Of a DNA stretch of 50,246 nt, positions 1 to 10,484 are shown piece by piece (the first letter of the stretch is position 1; every line of letters begins with the position of its first letter). Under the pieces are notes generated by a model. That model worked only from the letters and a program-made list of their open reading frames with translations, ran no database searches and was not told the origin of the DNA. A program made the translations under genes and the position numbers. Origin of the DNA: Chiloscyllium plagiosum (Eukaryota); the NCBI RefSeq assembly GCF_004010195.1, contig NW_025214981.1, positions 6,938 to 57,183 of the forward strand, read 5' to 3'.

Positions 1-745
1 AGAAGACAGAGGGTGGTGGTGGAAGGTTGCTTTTCAGATTGGAGACCTGTGACCAGTGGAGTGTTGTCACAAAGGATCGGTGGATCCACTAATTTTCATA
101 ATTTATATAAATGATTTGGATGTGAACATAGAAAGTATTGTTAGTAAGATGACATCAAAACTGGAGGTGTAGTGGATAGTGAAGAGGGTTATCTCAGATT
201 ACAACAGGGTCTTGATCAGATGGTTGAGGACTGGCAGATGGAGTTTAATTTAGATAAATGTGAGGTGCTACATTTTGGAAAAGCAAATATTAGCAAGATG
301 TATACACTTAATGGCAAGGTCTTTGGGAGTGCTGCTGAACAAAGAGACCTTGGAGTGCAGATTCATAGCTCCTTGAAAGCAGAATCGCAGGTAGATAGGA
401 TAGTGAAGAAGGTGTTTAGTATGCTTTCCTTTATTGGTCAGAGAACTGAGTATAGGAGTTGGGAGGTCATATTGCAGCTGTACAGGACATTGGTTAGGTC
501 ACGCTTGGAATTCTGCGTGCAATTCTGCTCTCCTTCCTATCAAAACAATATTGTGAAACTTGAAAGGCGTCAGAGAAGAATTACAAGCACGTTGCCATGG
601 TTGGAGGATTTGAGCGACAGGGAGAGGATGAAAACACTGTTTCCCCTGGAGCGTCAGATGCTGATGGGTGACCTTATAGAGGTTTATAAAATCAGTAGGG
701 ACATGGATAGGGTAAATACACAATGTCTTTTCCCTGCGGTGGGGA
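1..745 (+). mobile_element. CR1-clade LINE ORF2, reverse transcriptase C-terminal part (decayed)
   Basis: Translation gives DDIKTGGVVDSEEGYLRLQ, WQMEFNLDKCEVLHFG, RDLGVQIHSSLK, LYRTLVRSRLEFCVQF and GDLIEVYKI, all typical of CR1 RT; indels upstream. Confidence 0.9.
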
Positions 746-984
746 GGAGGCATGATGGGGGTTGGGAGACAGAGGGGAGAGACCAAGAGGGGAGGGTGAC
801 GGTTATTTTGTAGAGCTACAACACAACCCTGTTCCTGTTTTCTCCCCATCCTCTTCAATCCCTCCGAAGGGCTTAGAACAAGTGCACAGTCCCTGGAAAG
901 TAGAGCTTCAGGGTGATCAAGTGCTGAAGGTTGCATTTGTGACACTGACCTTTATTGGTCTGTGCACTTATCAATAAATGGACC

Positions 985-1512
985 TGGGTTCAATTCCACT
1001 GTCCTGGATTCATGTCTGTGGGCACAGACACGCTTATCTCTGACCCTGATTACTGGATCCCCTGTCACTATAGCTCTGCCATTCTCCTTCCTCCAGTTCT
1101 GGGCAGCGAAGCTATCTGTGGTGTCATGAACCTGGCAGTTGATTTCCCCTGAGAGTCCACCACCTGCTCCCCCCCCCCTTATAGAATCCCAAGCGGTGCA
1201 CAGTATCTGTTTGAGAAGGGGAACGATCACTGGGAAGTCCTGCACTTCCTTCCTGAGCCTTTTACTTGATCTAATGGTCACCCATTCCCTTTCGGCCTGT
1301 GTAACCCTCACCTGCAGTGTGACTAACTCACTAAACGTGCTGTGCATAACATTCCCAGTATCGCAGATTCTCCACAGTGAGTCCACTCTCAGCTCAAGGT
1401 CTGAAAAGCAGTTTCCCAGTAGCTGCAGATGGACACACTTCCTGCACACACAGCCATCAGGGAGACTGAAAGCGTCCCTTATTTCCCAAATTGTACAAGA
1501 GGACCACACCAC
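985..1512 (-). mobile_element. CR1 LINE ORF1 fragment (Cys motif plus start of SGNH esterase-like domain)
   Basis: CTIWEIRDAFSLPDGCVCRKCVHLQLL..LELRVDSLWRI, then GRAIVTGDPVIRVRDKRVC, which resembles the VIGDSIVRGTDRRFC motif of CR1 ORF1. Confidence 0.75.
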
Positions 1513-1859
1513 AGGTCAGAGGACTCCTGTCATAATGTCTCTCTAGTTTCAGCTAGTTACTCCCATTTAGAGAATTTAAATGAGCTAGCAACATTTCTTC
1601 ACTTCAAAATTTCCATTATAATCTAAAGCCCCTATCTTTACTTAAGCTGACATTTTATACTTTTAAAAACTTTTAAAAATCTCAGCAGGTTTCACTTACA
1701 AACTTGCCTGTTCCCATTGGGACCATGTGAATTTCTGAACGGCCTGAACTAAAACTGAAGCTAAGTTTCACCCTCTCCCTGTCTCACCACGCTGTTTACA
1801 CCCAACTCCAAAACACTCTCATTGAGCCAAGCAGCCCTCACAGTGCAGCCCTATTATTT

Positions 1860-2000
1860 TCATTGTCTGCTCATACCTACACTGCCCTCAGCCTCCTGTA
1901 CTGTTCCAGTGTATCTCAATGGGAGCTCAAGAACAGCATCTCATCTTTCAGTTCAGCCCTTTGTAACCCCAGAGTCAACATAGACTTCAGCAGTTTCTGG
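1860..2000 (+). mobile_element. Old Penelope-like element 3' coding fragment
   Basis: gaacagcatctcatctttc...gtcaacatagacttcagcagtttc resembles the EEQHLIF..NIDFSSF tail seen in the other PLEs here (4340, 32730-32800). Confidence 0.5.
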
Positions 2001-2489
2001 AGGAACAGACAGTTGTCAGAATCTGAAACTTTCCACCTGAAATGGTGCTGGAATTTGAGTCCATAAGGAATTTTAATGAGACGTTTGCAGGGAATTGAAA
2101 ATAAGGAGTTTAAAGGTTAACATCATGAAGTTGGTCACTGGGACCAAATCTGACAGTTCGTACAAAGAGACAAGGTGTAATTTGGATAAATCTGTGCTCC
2201 CTCTCAGGGAAATATCTCCTTCCTCAGCTGCAGAGTACAAACCCCAAGGGTGATCCAACCACTAATTTGAACATCTTTCTGCTTTTTGATTAAACAATAA
2301 TAGATCCTTTCCCACAGACAGTACAGGCACACCTTTCACCTTCCACAGTTAAATGGTATTCAGATCCTGATGACCCTGCTGACGATAGAAAATTGCTTTT
2401 GAGATCCCTGTCTCAATTATTCTCAATTAATATCCTATAAAATGAATTCACAAAACAAAGCTCACAGTCAATGCAAGATGAATAGTGAA

Positions 2490-2620
2490 GACAAACACTT
2501 CCCTTGGTATGTGTTTGGTGTGTAAATCCTCCTCTTCAAATCACCCCTCCCCCACCCAGGAAGAGGACATATCCATGTGCCTCTCTGTACCTTGCCCAAA
2601 ATAAAAATGGCGGCCATAAC
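2490..2620 (-). promoter_or_regulatory. Promoter-like cassette A, YY1-containing half
   Basis: AAAATGGCGGC at 2604-2614 in the context ttgcccaaaataaaaatggcggc, homologous to ttgccccgaataaagatggcggc at ~24970-24992; both also share gtaaatcct on the left. Confidence 0.5.
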
Positions 2621-2835
2621 CCAGGACCTATCACTGCCTGAGGGCCACAGCCATTTTCCCATATGCTGTAAACATGGGTTTGTAATGCAGGCCTAACTAT
2701 CTGTACAGAGTGTAATTAAACCCTCCCAGTCTAAACTGGATCCAACTTCCCTTTCCCGTTTCCTCCTCCTGCACACACCAAGGGTCATTCTAGGTCCAGT
2801 GACCCTTCCTCAGTACCGATGGCAGCTGGGAAAAT

Positions 2836-3034
2836 TAGAATCCCTACAGTGTGGTAACAGGCCATTCGGCCCAACAAGTCCACACCCACCCTCTGAAGAG
2901 TTTCTCAACCAAACCCATTCCCCCACCCTATTATTCTACATTTCCCCTGACTAATGCACCTAGCCTATACATCCCTGAACACTCCGGGAAATTTAGCTTG
3001 GCCAATTCACCTAACCTGAATATTTTTGGACTGC
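2836..3034 (-). mobile_element. HE1-like (V-SINE) SINE, 3' half
   Basis: tagaatccctacagtgtgg..aggccattcggcccaac..catccctgaacac..aatttagcttggccaattcacctaacctg..tttttggactg matches the reverse strand of shark HE1-type SINEs as I recall them; similar copies at 9830 and 20765. Confidence 0.75.
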
Positions 3035-3317
3035 AGGAGATAGGGTTTAAAGAGTAAATAATAGGTGGGGACAGAGCCCAAAAAGAGACAGGAAAGACAA
3101 AGGAGTGAATAACAATCTGGCTGGGAAGGGTGCATAGCTGTTAATGGTGGGGACAGGAACCTGTGTCTTGCAGCTGATGATCTACGTTCTGCTGCAAAAC
3201 AGACCCTGAGCTTCCAGTTGCCTGTCACTTTAATACACGAGTCTGTTCCCTGGCCAACATCTCTGTCTCATGCTTACTCCAGTGTTCCAGTGAAGCTTGA
3301 TGCAAGCTGGCAGAACA

Positions 3318-4332
3318 CTCCAGAACATACCAAAAACACCCCGTATTTCAAGGACTGCAATTTCCCCTCCCATGTGGTCAACAATACTCTCTAGTGTATC
3401 TCCACCACTTCCCACACCTCTGCCATTGAACCACACCTCTCTAACTGCAACAAGGATAGAATCCCCCAGTTCTCACCTTCCACCCAGATACAATGCATCA
3501 TCCACCGCCACTTCCGTCACCTACTATCAGATCCCACCAGAGGTATATTTCCCTCTCCATTCCTTTCAGCATTCCACAGAGACCATTCCCTGTGAATTCC
3601 AAGTCAGATCCATGCTCCCTAACAACCCCACTCCCAGCCCCTTCACTTGCCAATGCAAGAGGTGTAAAACCTGTGCCCACACCTCCTCTCTCGCCTCCAA
3701 AGGACCCTTTCACATCCAGCAGAGATTTTCCTGCACATTCAAACACATCACCTATTACGGCTTTTGCTTTCGACGTGGTCTCCTCTCCACTGGGAAGTCA
3801 GAACACCAACTTGTGGAATGTTGCAGGCAACATTTCTACGATGCATGCACCAACCAACACCACCATCCTGTGGCCTACCACTTCAACTTCCCCACCCACT
3901 CCGCCAAGGACATGCAAGTCCTGGGCCACCTCCACCACCAAATCCCACCACCTGACGCCTGGAGGAAGAAAACCTCATTTTCCACATTGGGACACTTTAA
4001 CATCAGAATCAAGGTTTCCTCATCTCCCCTCCCCTACCTTATCCCAGATCCAACCCGCCAACTCGACACCACCCTCTTGATTGTCCCACCTGTCCATCTT
4101 CCTTTTCAATTATCCATTCCACCCTCTCTCCATTACCCTCCACCTATTGCCTTCCTAGCTCCCTTCCCACCAACTGCACACATCCCTCTTATTTATCTCT
4201 CAGCCCTTTTACTACTCCCCCTCCCCCTCCAATCCCGGCATTCCTGATGAAAAGACTATGCCCAAGACGTCGATTCTCTTACTACTGAGATGCTTCCTGA
4301 CCTGCTGTGCTATTCCAGCGCTACATATTAAC
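3318..4332 (+). mobile_element. Neptune-type Penelope-like element (family 1), 5'-truncated and decayed, nested in family 2
   Basis: Homologous to 32080-33130: CQCKRCKTCAH linker, decayed GIY-YIG region, PVAYHFNFPTHSAKDMQVLG. Flanked by a 16-bp direct repeat (3302-3317 and 4333-4348, one mismatch). Confidence 0.85.
4244..4273 (+). ncRNA. Degenerate minimal hammerhead ribozyme motif in PLE terminal repeat
   Basis: CTGATGA-AAAGACTATGCCC-AAGAC-GTC; helix II and the GAAA box are mutated relative to the copies at 9531 and 33045. Confidence 0.5.
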
Positions 4333-4678
4333 GCAAGCTGGAAGAACAACACCTCATCTTCGACTTGGGGACCCTGCACCACTCTAGCCCCAATATCAAA
4401 TTCAATAATTTTACGTCCTGAACTCTCCAATTTCTTAGTGCCCTAGCCTCTTAACCCACACACCAGTTCTTGTTATCACATAGCCTACCATTACACATTA
4501 TCTATGGTTAGCCACTAACAGTCCCCATAAACAGCTACTCACCCTCCCGCAGCCAGATCGTTATCCACTCCTTTGTCCAACTGCTCCCATCTGTTTGGAC
4601 TCTATCCCCAGCTATCATTTACTCCTTAACCCCTACCTTCTGCATATAAACCGACATTTCTTTTCAGTAAGATCAGTT

Positions 4679-4711
4679 CTGAGGAAGGGTCAGCGGATCC
4701 AAAATGTTAAC
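4679..4711 (+). ncRNA. Degenerate hammerhead-like motif in family 2 PLE terminal repeat
   Basis: CTGAGGA-A-GGGTC-AGCG-GATCC-AAAAT-GTTAAC; helix II can form (GGGTC/GATCC with one G-U), GAAA box altered. Confidence 0.45.
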
Positions 4712-4899
4712 TCTGATTTCTCTTCACAGATGATGCCAGACCAGCTGAGCTTTTCCAGTACATTTTGGTTATTGTGTGAGATTTACAGCATCCGCAGTTC
4801 TTTTGGTTCTAATTTACCAGGAATTTCTAATTCAGGTCTAGCAGCCTAAAACCGTGCGTTTATAAACCCTCCCAGTCCACAATAGCTCCATTTCTTCCC

Positions 4900-5100
4900 C
4901 AGACTTTGCAGTCTCTCCCACTCCCTTCACACTCACTAGGTTCCCCCCTCACCGCGACACTGCGCCTGCACAGTTTATGGCCACATGTTGGTCTGCTGGA
5001 CCCACCCCAATTCACTCCCATTGGCTGGAGGATCACGCCAATTCTCCTATTGGTTTGAAGCTGCTGTCAATCACCCAGGCCCCATTGTGATATGAGTGGG
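4900..5100 (-). promoter_or_regulatory. Promoter-like cassette A, CCAAT-containing half
   Basis: ATTGG at 5020 and 5049. gctgctgtcaatcacccaggccccattgt aligns with gctgacatcaatcactcggggtcgtattgt (~20298) and ctgacatcaaccaccagcggcccattgt (~25299). Confidence 0.5.
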
Positions 5101-5109
5101 CTCCTCCCA

Positions 5110-5503
5110 AGAGCAACGGATGCTGAGGGGTGACCTCATAGAGATTTATAAAATCCTGTGGAGTATGGATGGGAAAAATAGACAAGGTCTTTTCCCTGGG
5201 GTGGGGGAGTCTAGAACGAGAGGATGTAGGCTTAAGGTGATGGGGAAAGATTTAAAAGGGACCCAAGAGGCAACTTTTTTCACACTGAGATTGCTGCGTG
5301 TATGGAATCTTCTGTTCGGGGAAGTGGTGGAGACTGGTACAATTACACCCATTGGCATCTGGATGGGTATTTGAATAGGAAGGGCGTAGAGGGATATGTG
5401 CCAAATGTTGGCAAATGGGACTAGATTAGGTTGGGATATCTGGTCGGCATGGACCAGTTCGACCAAAGGGTCTAATTCCATGCTGTATGTCTCTATGACT
5501 CTG
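5110..5503 (+). mobile_element. CR1 LINE 3' end
   Basis: RMLRGDLIEIYKI..GLFPGVGESRTRG, then a 3'UTR ending in a tctatgactct tail. Confidence 0.85.
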
Positions 5504-5975
5504 TCCTGGGATGAGCTTCATCATTCACAGTGAATGGGGCAGTTACAGAGCACAGGAGTTTGGAGCTATTCAGCCCAATGGGGTTGTACTCTCCCCCTCT
5601 GGAGATGGTGCCAGTCTATCCCAACTCACCTCCCATTTGTCTGCAGCCCTCCAAATCCTTCTTTAAAAAGTTAAATTCCAAATTTGTTTTGACAATAACT
5701 ACTGAACCTGCATCCAAACTGTTCCAGATGCTCAGAACTTAGTGAGTAAAATAATCTTCACATTTTTAACCTGCATTATTTGCCAGTTACCTGAAGGTAG
5801 TTACTAAAAATTGTCACGTTAATAATTTCTACCTCTGTCTCTCCGTAACTTAAATATCCTGGAAACAAATCTGCTCCTGGTCGAAATCACTGCCTCACCT
5901 TCTCAGCTCCAAGGAGAATTATCTGACCTTCCGCTAACTCTCCATAAAAGAGAAACCATCTTAATTTTAGTAGTG

Positions 5976-7890
5976 CCCTAAAGATGTACAGCAGAGAAAC
6001 AGACCCTTCGATCCAATTTGTCCATGCCGACCAGACATCCTAAATTAATCTCATCCCAAATGCCAGCACTTGGCCTATATCCTTCTAAACTTTTGCTAAT
6101 CACATACAACATCTCAAAGGCATAATTGGGTAATTGTACCAGCCTCCACACTTCCTCTGGCAGCTCATTCCATAAAGGTACCATATTCAGCTAGAAACAT
6201 TGCTCCTTAGATCCCTTTTAAATCTTTTCCCTCACACCTGAAGCCTGTGCCCCCAAGCTTTGGACTCACATATCCTGGCAATAAGACCCTGGGATTTCAC
6301 CCTATCCATGCCCCTCACAATCGTATCCGATGCTTCAGGGAAAACAGCCCCAGCCCATTCAGCCTCTACCTATATAGCTCAAACCCTCAACCCTGGCAAC
6401 ATCTTTGCGGATCTTTTCCGAACCATTTCAAGATTCACAATATAATTCCAATAGCGGGGAGACCAGGACTGAAAGCAGAATTCCAGAAGTGGCTGAATCA
6501 ATGTGCTGTGCAGCCGCAAAATGGCGTCCCAACTCCACTACTCAATGCACTGACCAGTAAAGGCAAGTACACCAAACACCTTCTTCACTAGCCTGCCTAT
6601 GATTCCACTTTCAAGGAACTATGAACCTGCACTCCAAGGTCTCTTTGTTCAGCAACATTCCCCAGGACCTTCCCATTAAGTGTATAATTCCTGCCCTCAT
6701 TTGCTTTTCCAAAATGGAGCACCTCACATTTATCTGAAATAAACTCGATCTGATAATCCTCAGCCCATTTGATTGAAGTCCCATTGTACACTGAGGTAAC
6801 CTTCTTCGCTGTCCAGTGTGCCTGCAATTTTGATGTCTACTGTAAACCTACTAACTATACCTCATATATTCACATAGAAATCATTGATATAAATGATGTA
6901 AAGCAGTGGACCCAGCACCGATCCTTACATCATATTGCTCATCACAGGCCTCCAGTCCAAAAAGCACTACCCTCCGTCTCCAACCTTCCAGCCAATTTGT
7001 ATCCAAACAGCTGGTTCTCTCTGTATCCCATGGTGTCTAACTCGCTAACCAGTCTATTATGTGGAACCTTTTTGAATGTCTTTCTGAAGTCCAAGTTAGT
7101 GATTTATGTACAAAGCCATGCTGACTATCCCTACTCACTTCATGCCTTTCCAATTACATATAAACCTGTTCTTCAGAATTCCTTCCAACACCTTGTCTGC
7201 CACTAACCTCAGGCTCACCAGTGTATTGTTCCCTGGCCTTTCCTCATCACCTTTCTCAAATAATGGCGCCTGTCTTGCAGCACCTCACCCGTGGCTATCA
7301 GTGATAGAAATATCTCAGCGAGGGGCCCGGCAATCACTTCCCTAACTTCCCACAAAGTTTTGGGATACACCTGATCAAGTCCCACAGATTTACTCAGCTT
7401 TATGTATAAGACATCCAGTACAACCTCCTCTGTAATATGGATAGTTATCAAGTTATCACTATTTATTTCTCCAAAGTCTCTAGCTTCCATATCCTCTTTC
7501 AGTAAAAGCTGACATGAAATCCTCGGATAGTATCTCTCCCACCTTCTGTGGTTCCACAGACAGCCTTATTGATCTTTGAGGGTCCGTATTCTCTGCCTGG
7601 TTACTCTTTTGTCCTTAGTGTTTTGTAGAAACTCTTTGGATTGTCCTTAAACCTCTTTCCCCCCGAAGCTCTCACATGTATCCTTTTTGCCCTCCTGTTT
7701 TCCCTCAAGTGTACTCCTACTGCCCCTATACTCCGAGGGATTCACTCAAACCCAACTGTCTGTACCTGCCATATTCTTCCTTCATCTTTTTGACCAGACC
7801 CTCAATTTCTCCAGACACAGAGCATTCTTTACACGTACCAGACTTTGCCTTAACAGGAACATTCTGTCTATGTACTCTTGTTGTCTCATT
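5976..7890 (-). mobile_element. CR1 LINE ORF2 (RT) and 3'UTR, decayed with deletions
   Basis: Minus strand gives KSVGLDQVYPKTLWEVREVIAGPL, FKKVP and IEFISDKCEVLHFGK..RDLGVQVHSSLKVES; 3' tail near 5980. Confidence 0.88.
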
Positions 7891-8887
7891 TTCGCAGGCC
7901 TATGGAGGCAATGGCAGATGAGGACATGGAAACAGTCATTCTCAGTAAAGAGGTAGTGTTGGGAAAGCTAACAGCCCAAAAGTACATGGGTCTCCTGGCC
8001 GCGATGGAATGCATCCCAGGGGACTAAAAGAGATGGTGAAGGGTCTATTGACCTTCCTTGCTGGAGGGATGGTAATGCTGCAGCTGTACAGGGGGCTTGT
8101 GATGCCACACCTGGAGTACTGTGTACAGGTTTGATCTCCTTATGACAGCAAGGATGTACTGACACTGGAGGGCGTGCAGAGGAGGGTCACTAGTTTGAGT
8201 CGGGAGTTGAGAGGGTTGGTGTATGTGGAGAGACTGAATAGACTGGGACTATACTTGCTGGAATTAAGAAGAATGGAAGGTTGCATTGGAAAAACTAAAA
8301 TTAAGAAGGGAATAGATAAGATAGAAGCAGGGAGGTTATTTCCACTGGCGGGGGGGGGGGGGGGGGGGGGTCAACCTGGAGAGCATAGCGTCAAAATAAG
8401 TGGGAATCTAATTTAGGACAGAGTTGAGGAGGAACTTCTTCAGCGAAAGGGTTGTGAATCTGTGGAATTCCCTGCTGAGTGTAGCAGTTGACGTTATCAA
8501 CTTGAATGTCTTTCAGGCAAAAGGTAGATTTGTGAACAGGAAAGGAATTAAGGGTTATGGTGAGAGAGCAGGAAAGTGGAGCTGAGGCCATGAAAAGATC
8601 AGCCCTGACCTTATTGAATGGCAGTGCAGGCTGGAGGGGAATTCCCAATTTCTCTGCCTCTGCCGTATCTGTTCCCACGAGGACCAGTGCCACCATAGAA
8701 CACACCAGATGGCCTCCTTCTTTAGAGACCGCAATTTCCCTTCCCACGTGGTTAAAGATGCCCTCCAACGCATCTCGTCCACATCCCGCACCTCCGCCCT
8801 CAGACCCCACCCCTCCAACCGTAACAAGGACAGAATGCCTCTGGTGCTCACCTTCCACCCTACTAACCTTCGCATAAACCAAATCAT

Positions 8888-9263
8888 NNNNNNNNNNNNN
8901 NNNNNNNNNNNNNNNNNNNNNNNNNNNNNNNNNNNNNNNNNNNNNNNNNNNNNNNNNNNNNNNNNNNNNNNNNNNNNNNNNNNNNNNNNNNNNNNNNNNN
9001 NNNNNNNNNNNNNNNNNNNNNNNNNNNNNNNNNNNNNNNNNNNNNNNNNNNNNNNNNNNNNNNNNNNNNNNNNNNNNNNNNNNNNNNNNNNNNNNNNNNN
9101 NNNNNNNNNNNNNNNNNNNNNNNNNNNNNNNNNNNNNNNNNNNNNNNNNNNNNNNNNNNNNNNNNNNNNNNNNNNNNNNNNNNNNNNNNNNNNNNNNNNN
9201 NNNNNNNNNNNNNNNNNNNNNNNNNNNNNNNNNNNNNNNNNNNNNNNNNNNNNNNNNNNNNNN
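8888..9263. other. Assembly gap (376 N)
   Basis: Run of N. Confidence 1.
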
Positions 9264-9530
9264 ATCAATGTGGACTTCAACAGCTTCCTCATTTCCCCTT
9301 CCCCGACCTCATCCTCGTTTCAAACTTCCAGCTCCACACCGTCCCCTTGACCTGTCCGGACTTGTCCGACCTGTCTAGCTCCTTTTCCACCTATCCACTC
9401 TACCCTCTCCTCCCTGACCTGTCACCTTCATCTCCTACCCCACTCACCTATTGTACTCTGTGCTACATTCTCCCCACCCCCACCCTCCTCTAGCTTATCT
9501 CCCAACGCGTCAGGCTCTCTGCCTTTATTC

Positions 9531-9559
9531 CTGATGAAGGGCTTTTGCCCAAAACGTCG
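9531..9559 (+). ncRNA. Minimal hammerhead ribozyme motif in PLE terminal repeat (GAAA box reads AAAA)
   Basis: CTGATGA-A-GGGC-TTTT-GCCC-AAAAC-GTC; perfect 4-bp helix II and the palindromic ACGT ahead of the predicted GUC cleavage site. Confidence 0.7.
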
Positions 9560-9827
9560 ATTTTGCTGCTCGTCGGATGCTGCCTGAATTGTTGTGCTCT
9601 TCCAGCACCACTAATCCAGAATTGAGGGGCCAGATGGCCTACTCCTGCTCCTATTCCTTCTGTTCTTATGTTCCCACTTTCCAGCCGTCTCTTTACCTGG
9701 GGGTTGCAAAGAAATATTGAAAGTTCTCACCTTGTACCGTCAAAATTCACCTTTGTCCAATTTTGAACACCAACTTTTAGATCTGGTCTATTATTTTCTG
9801 TAACTTTTTTAAAACTAGTAGAATTAT

Positions 9828-10052
9828 CGTCAGAGAATCCCAAGTGTGGAATCAGGCCATTCGGCCTATAACATCCACACTGACCCTCAGAGCCTCCTAT
9901 CTTACTCCTGTAACGCTGCATTTCCCATGGCCAATCCCCTAGCCCGCACATTCCTGAAAACTATGGGCAATTTCACATGGCCATTCCACCCAACCTGCAC
10001 ATCCCTGAACAATATGGGCATTTCAGCCTGGATTATCCACCCAACCTGCACC
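9828..10052 (-). mobile_element. HE1-like SINE fragment with an internal ~51-bp duplication
   Basis: agaatcccaagtgtggaatcaggccattcggcc..; the unit cctgaa..atgggca..tccacccaacctgcac occurs twice. Confidence 0.7.
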
Positions 10053-10069
10053 TATTTCCCAGTTCCACC

Positions 10070-10345
10070 CAAGTAAGTTCACTGGGCGAACCCCGATGAA
10101 TATCCTCCCTAAGCACAACAATAATGTTATCGTTAATCAAAAACACAATTCCACCTTTTCTCTTATCCCCCTTTCTATCCTTCCTCTTACATCTGTTCCC
10201 TGGAACATTAAGCTACCTGCCCTTTCCAACCTAAGCCACGTTTCTGTAATACCCACTATATCCCAGTCCCATGTTCAAAACCATATCTTAAGCTCATCTG
10301 CTTTCCCAGTCAAACCTCTTGCATTGAAATAAATGCAGCGCAGTG
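10070..10345 (-). mobile_element. CR1 ORF2 endonuclease N-terminus fragment
   Basis: ALRCIYFNARGLTGKADELKIW, followed by an IVGITETW-like sequence on the minus strand. Confidence 0.75.
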
Positions 10346-10420
10346 CCATCAAAAGGACAGACTGATGGGCAGTGAAATAAATGCAGCGCAGTGCCATCAA
10401 AAGGACAGACTGATGGGCAG
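10325..10420. repeat. Perfect 48-bp tandem duplication
   Basis: tgaaataaatgcagcgcagtgccatcaaaaggacagactgatgggcag at 10325-10372 and 10373-10420. Confidence 0.95.
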
Positions 10421-10484
10421 AGGGGGTGGGATGGCCCTGTTGGTGAGGGATGACGTTCAGCCCCTTGCGAAGGGGGAGACACAG

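Larger units (their letters stand above)
3035..4830 (+). mobile_element. Penelope-like element (family 2) 3' end with terminal repeat and an inverted 5' copy of that repeat; interrupted by a nested PLE
   Basis: 3035-3155 is the reverse complement of ~4520-4640. The coding tail DPELPVACHFN..CKL (3200-3317) resumes as KLEEQHLIFDLGTLH at 4335. The terminal repeat has a hammerhead-like CTGAGGA motif at 4679. Confidence 0.75.
8640..9623 (+). mobile_element. Neptune-type Penelope-like element, 5'-truncated, spans an assembly gap
   Basis: MASFFRDRNFPSHVVKDALQRISSTSRTSALRPHPSNRNKDRMPLVLTFHPTNLRINQI is nearly identical to 32066-32244; INVDFNSF tail and terminal repeat follow. GAGGGG direct repeat at 8634-8639 and 9624-9629. 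Confidence 0.9.
7915..9675 (+). mobile_element. CR1 LINE fragments; 3' end split by the PLE insertion at 8640-9623
   Basis: ERLNRLGLYLLELRRMEG..GRLFPLAG; the 3'UTR gcaggctggagggg resumes as gaggggccagatggcctactcc at 9624 and ends in a tgttcttatgttc tail. Confidence 0.75.

Noticed and set aside
3174..3200. CTGATGA at 3174 as another hammerhead
   Set aside because: No helix II and no GAAAC-GUC follow it.
8350..8370. Poly-G run as a functional G-quadruplex
   Set aside because: It is a homopolymer expansion inside a decayed CR1 and may be a sequencing artefact.
10325..10420. CRISPR-like repeats (also 33776-33814)
   Set aside because: Only two copies, no unique spacers, no cas genes, and the context is eukaryotic.
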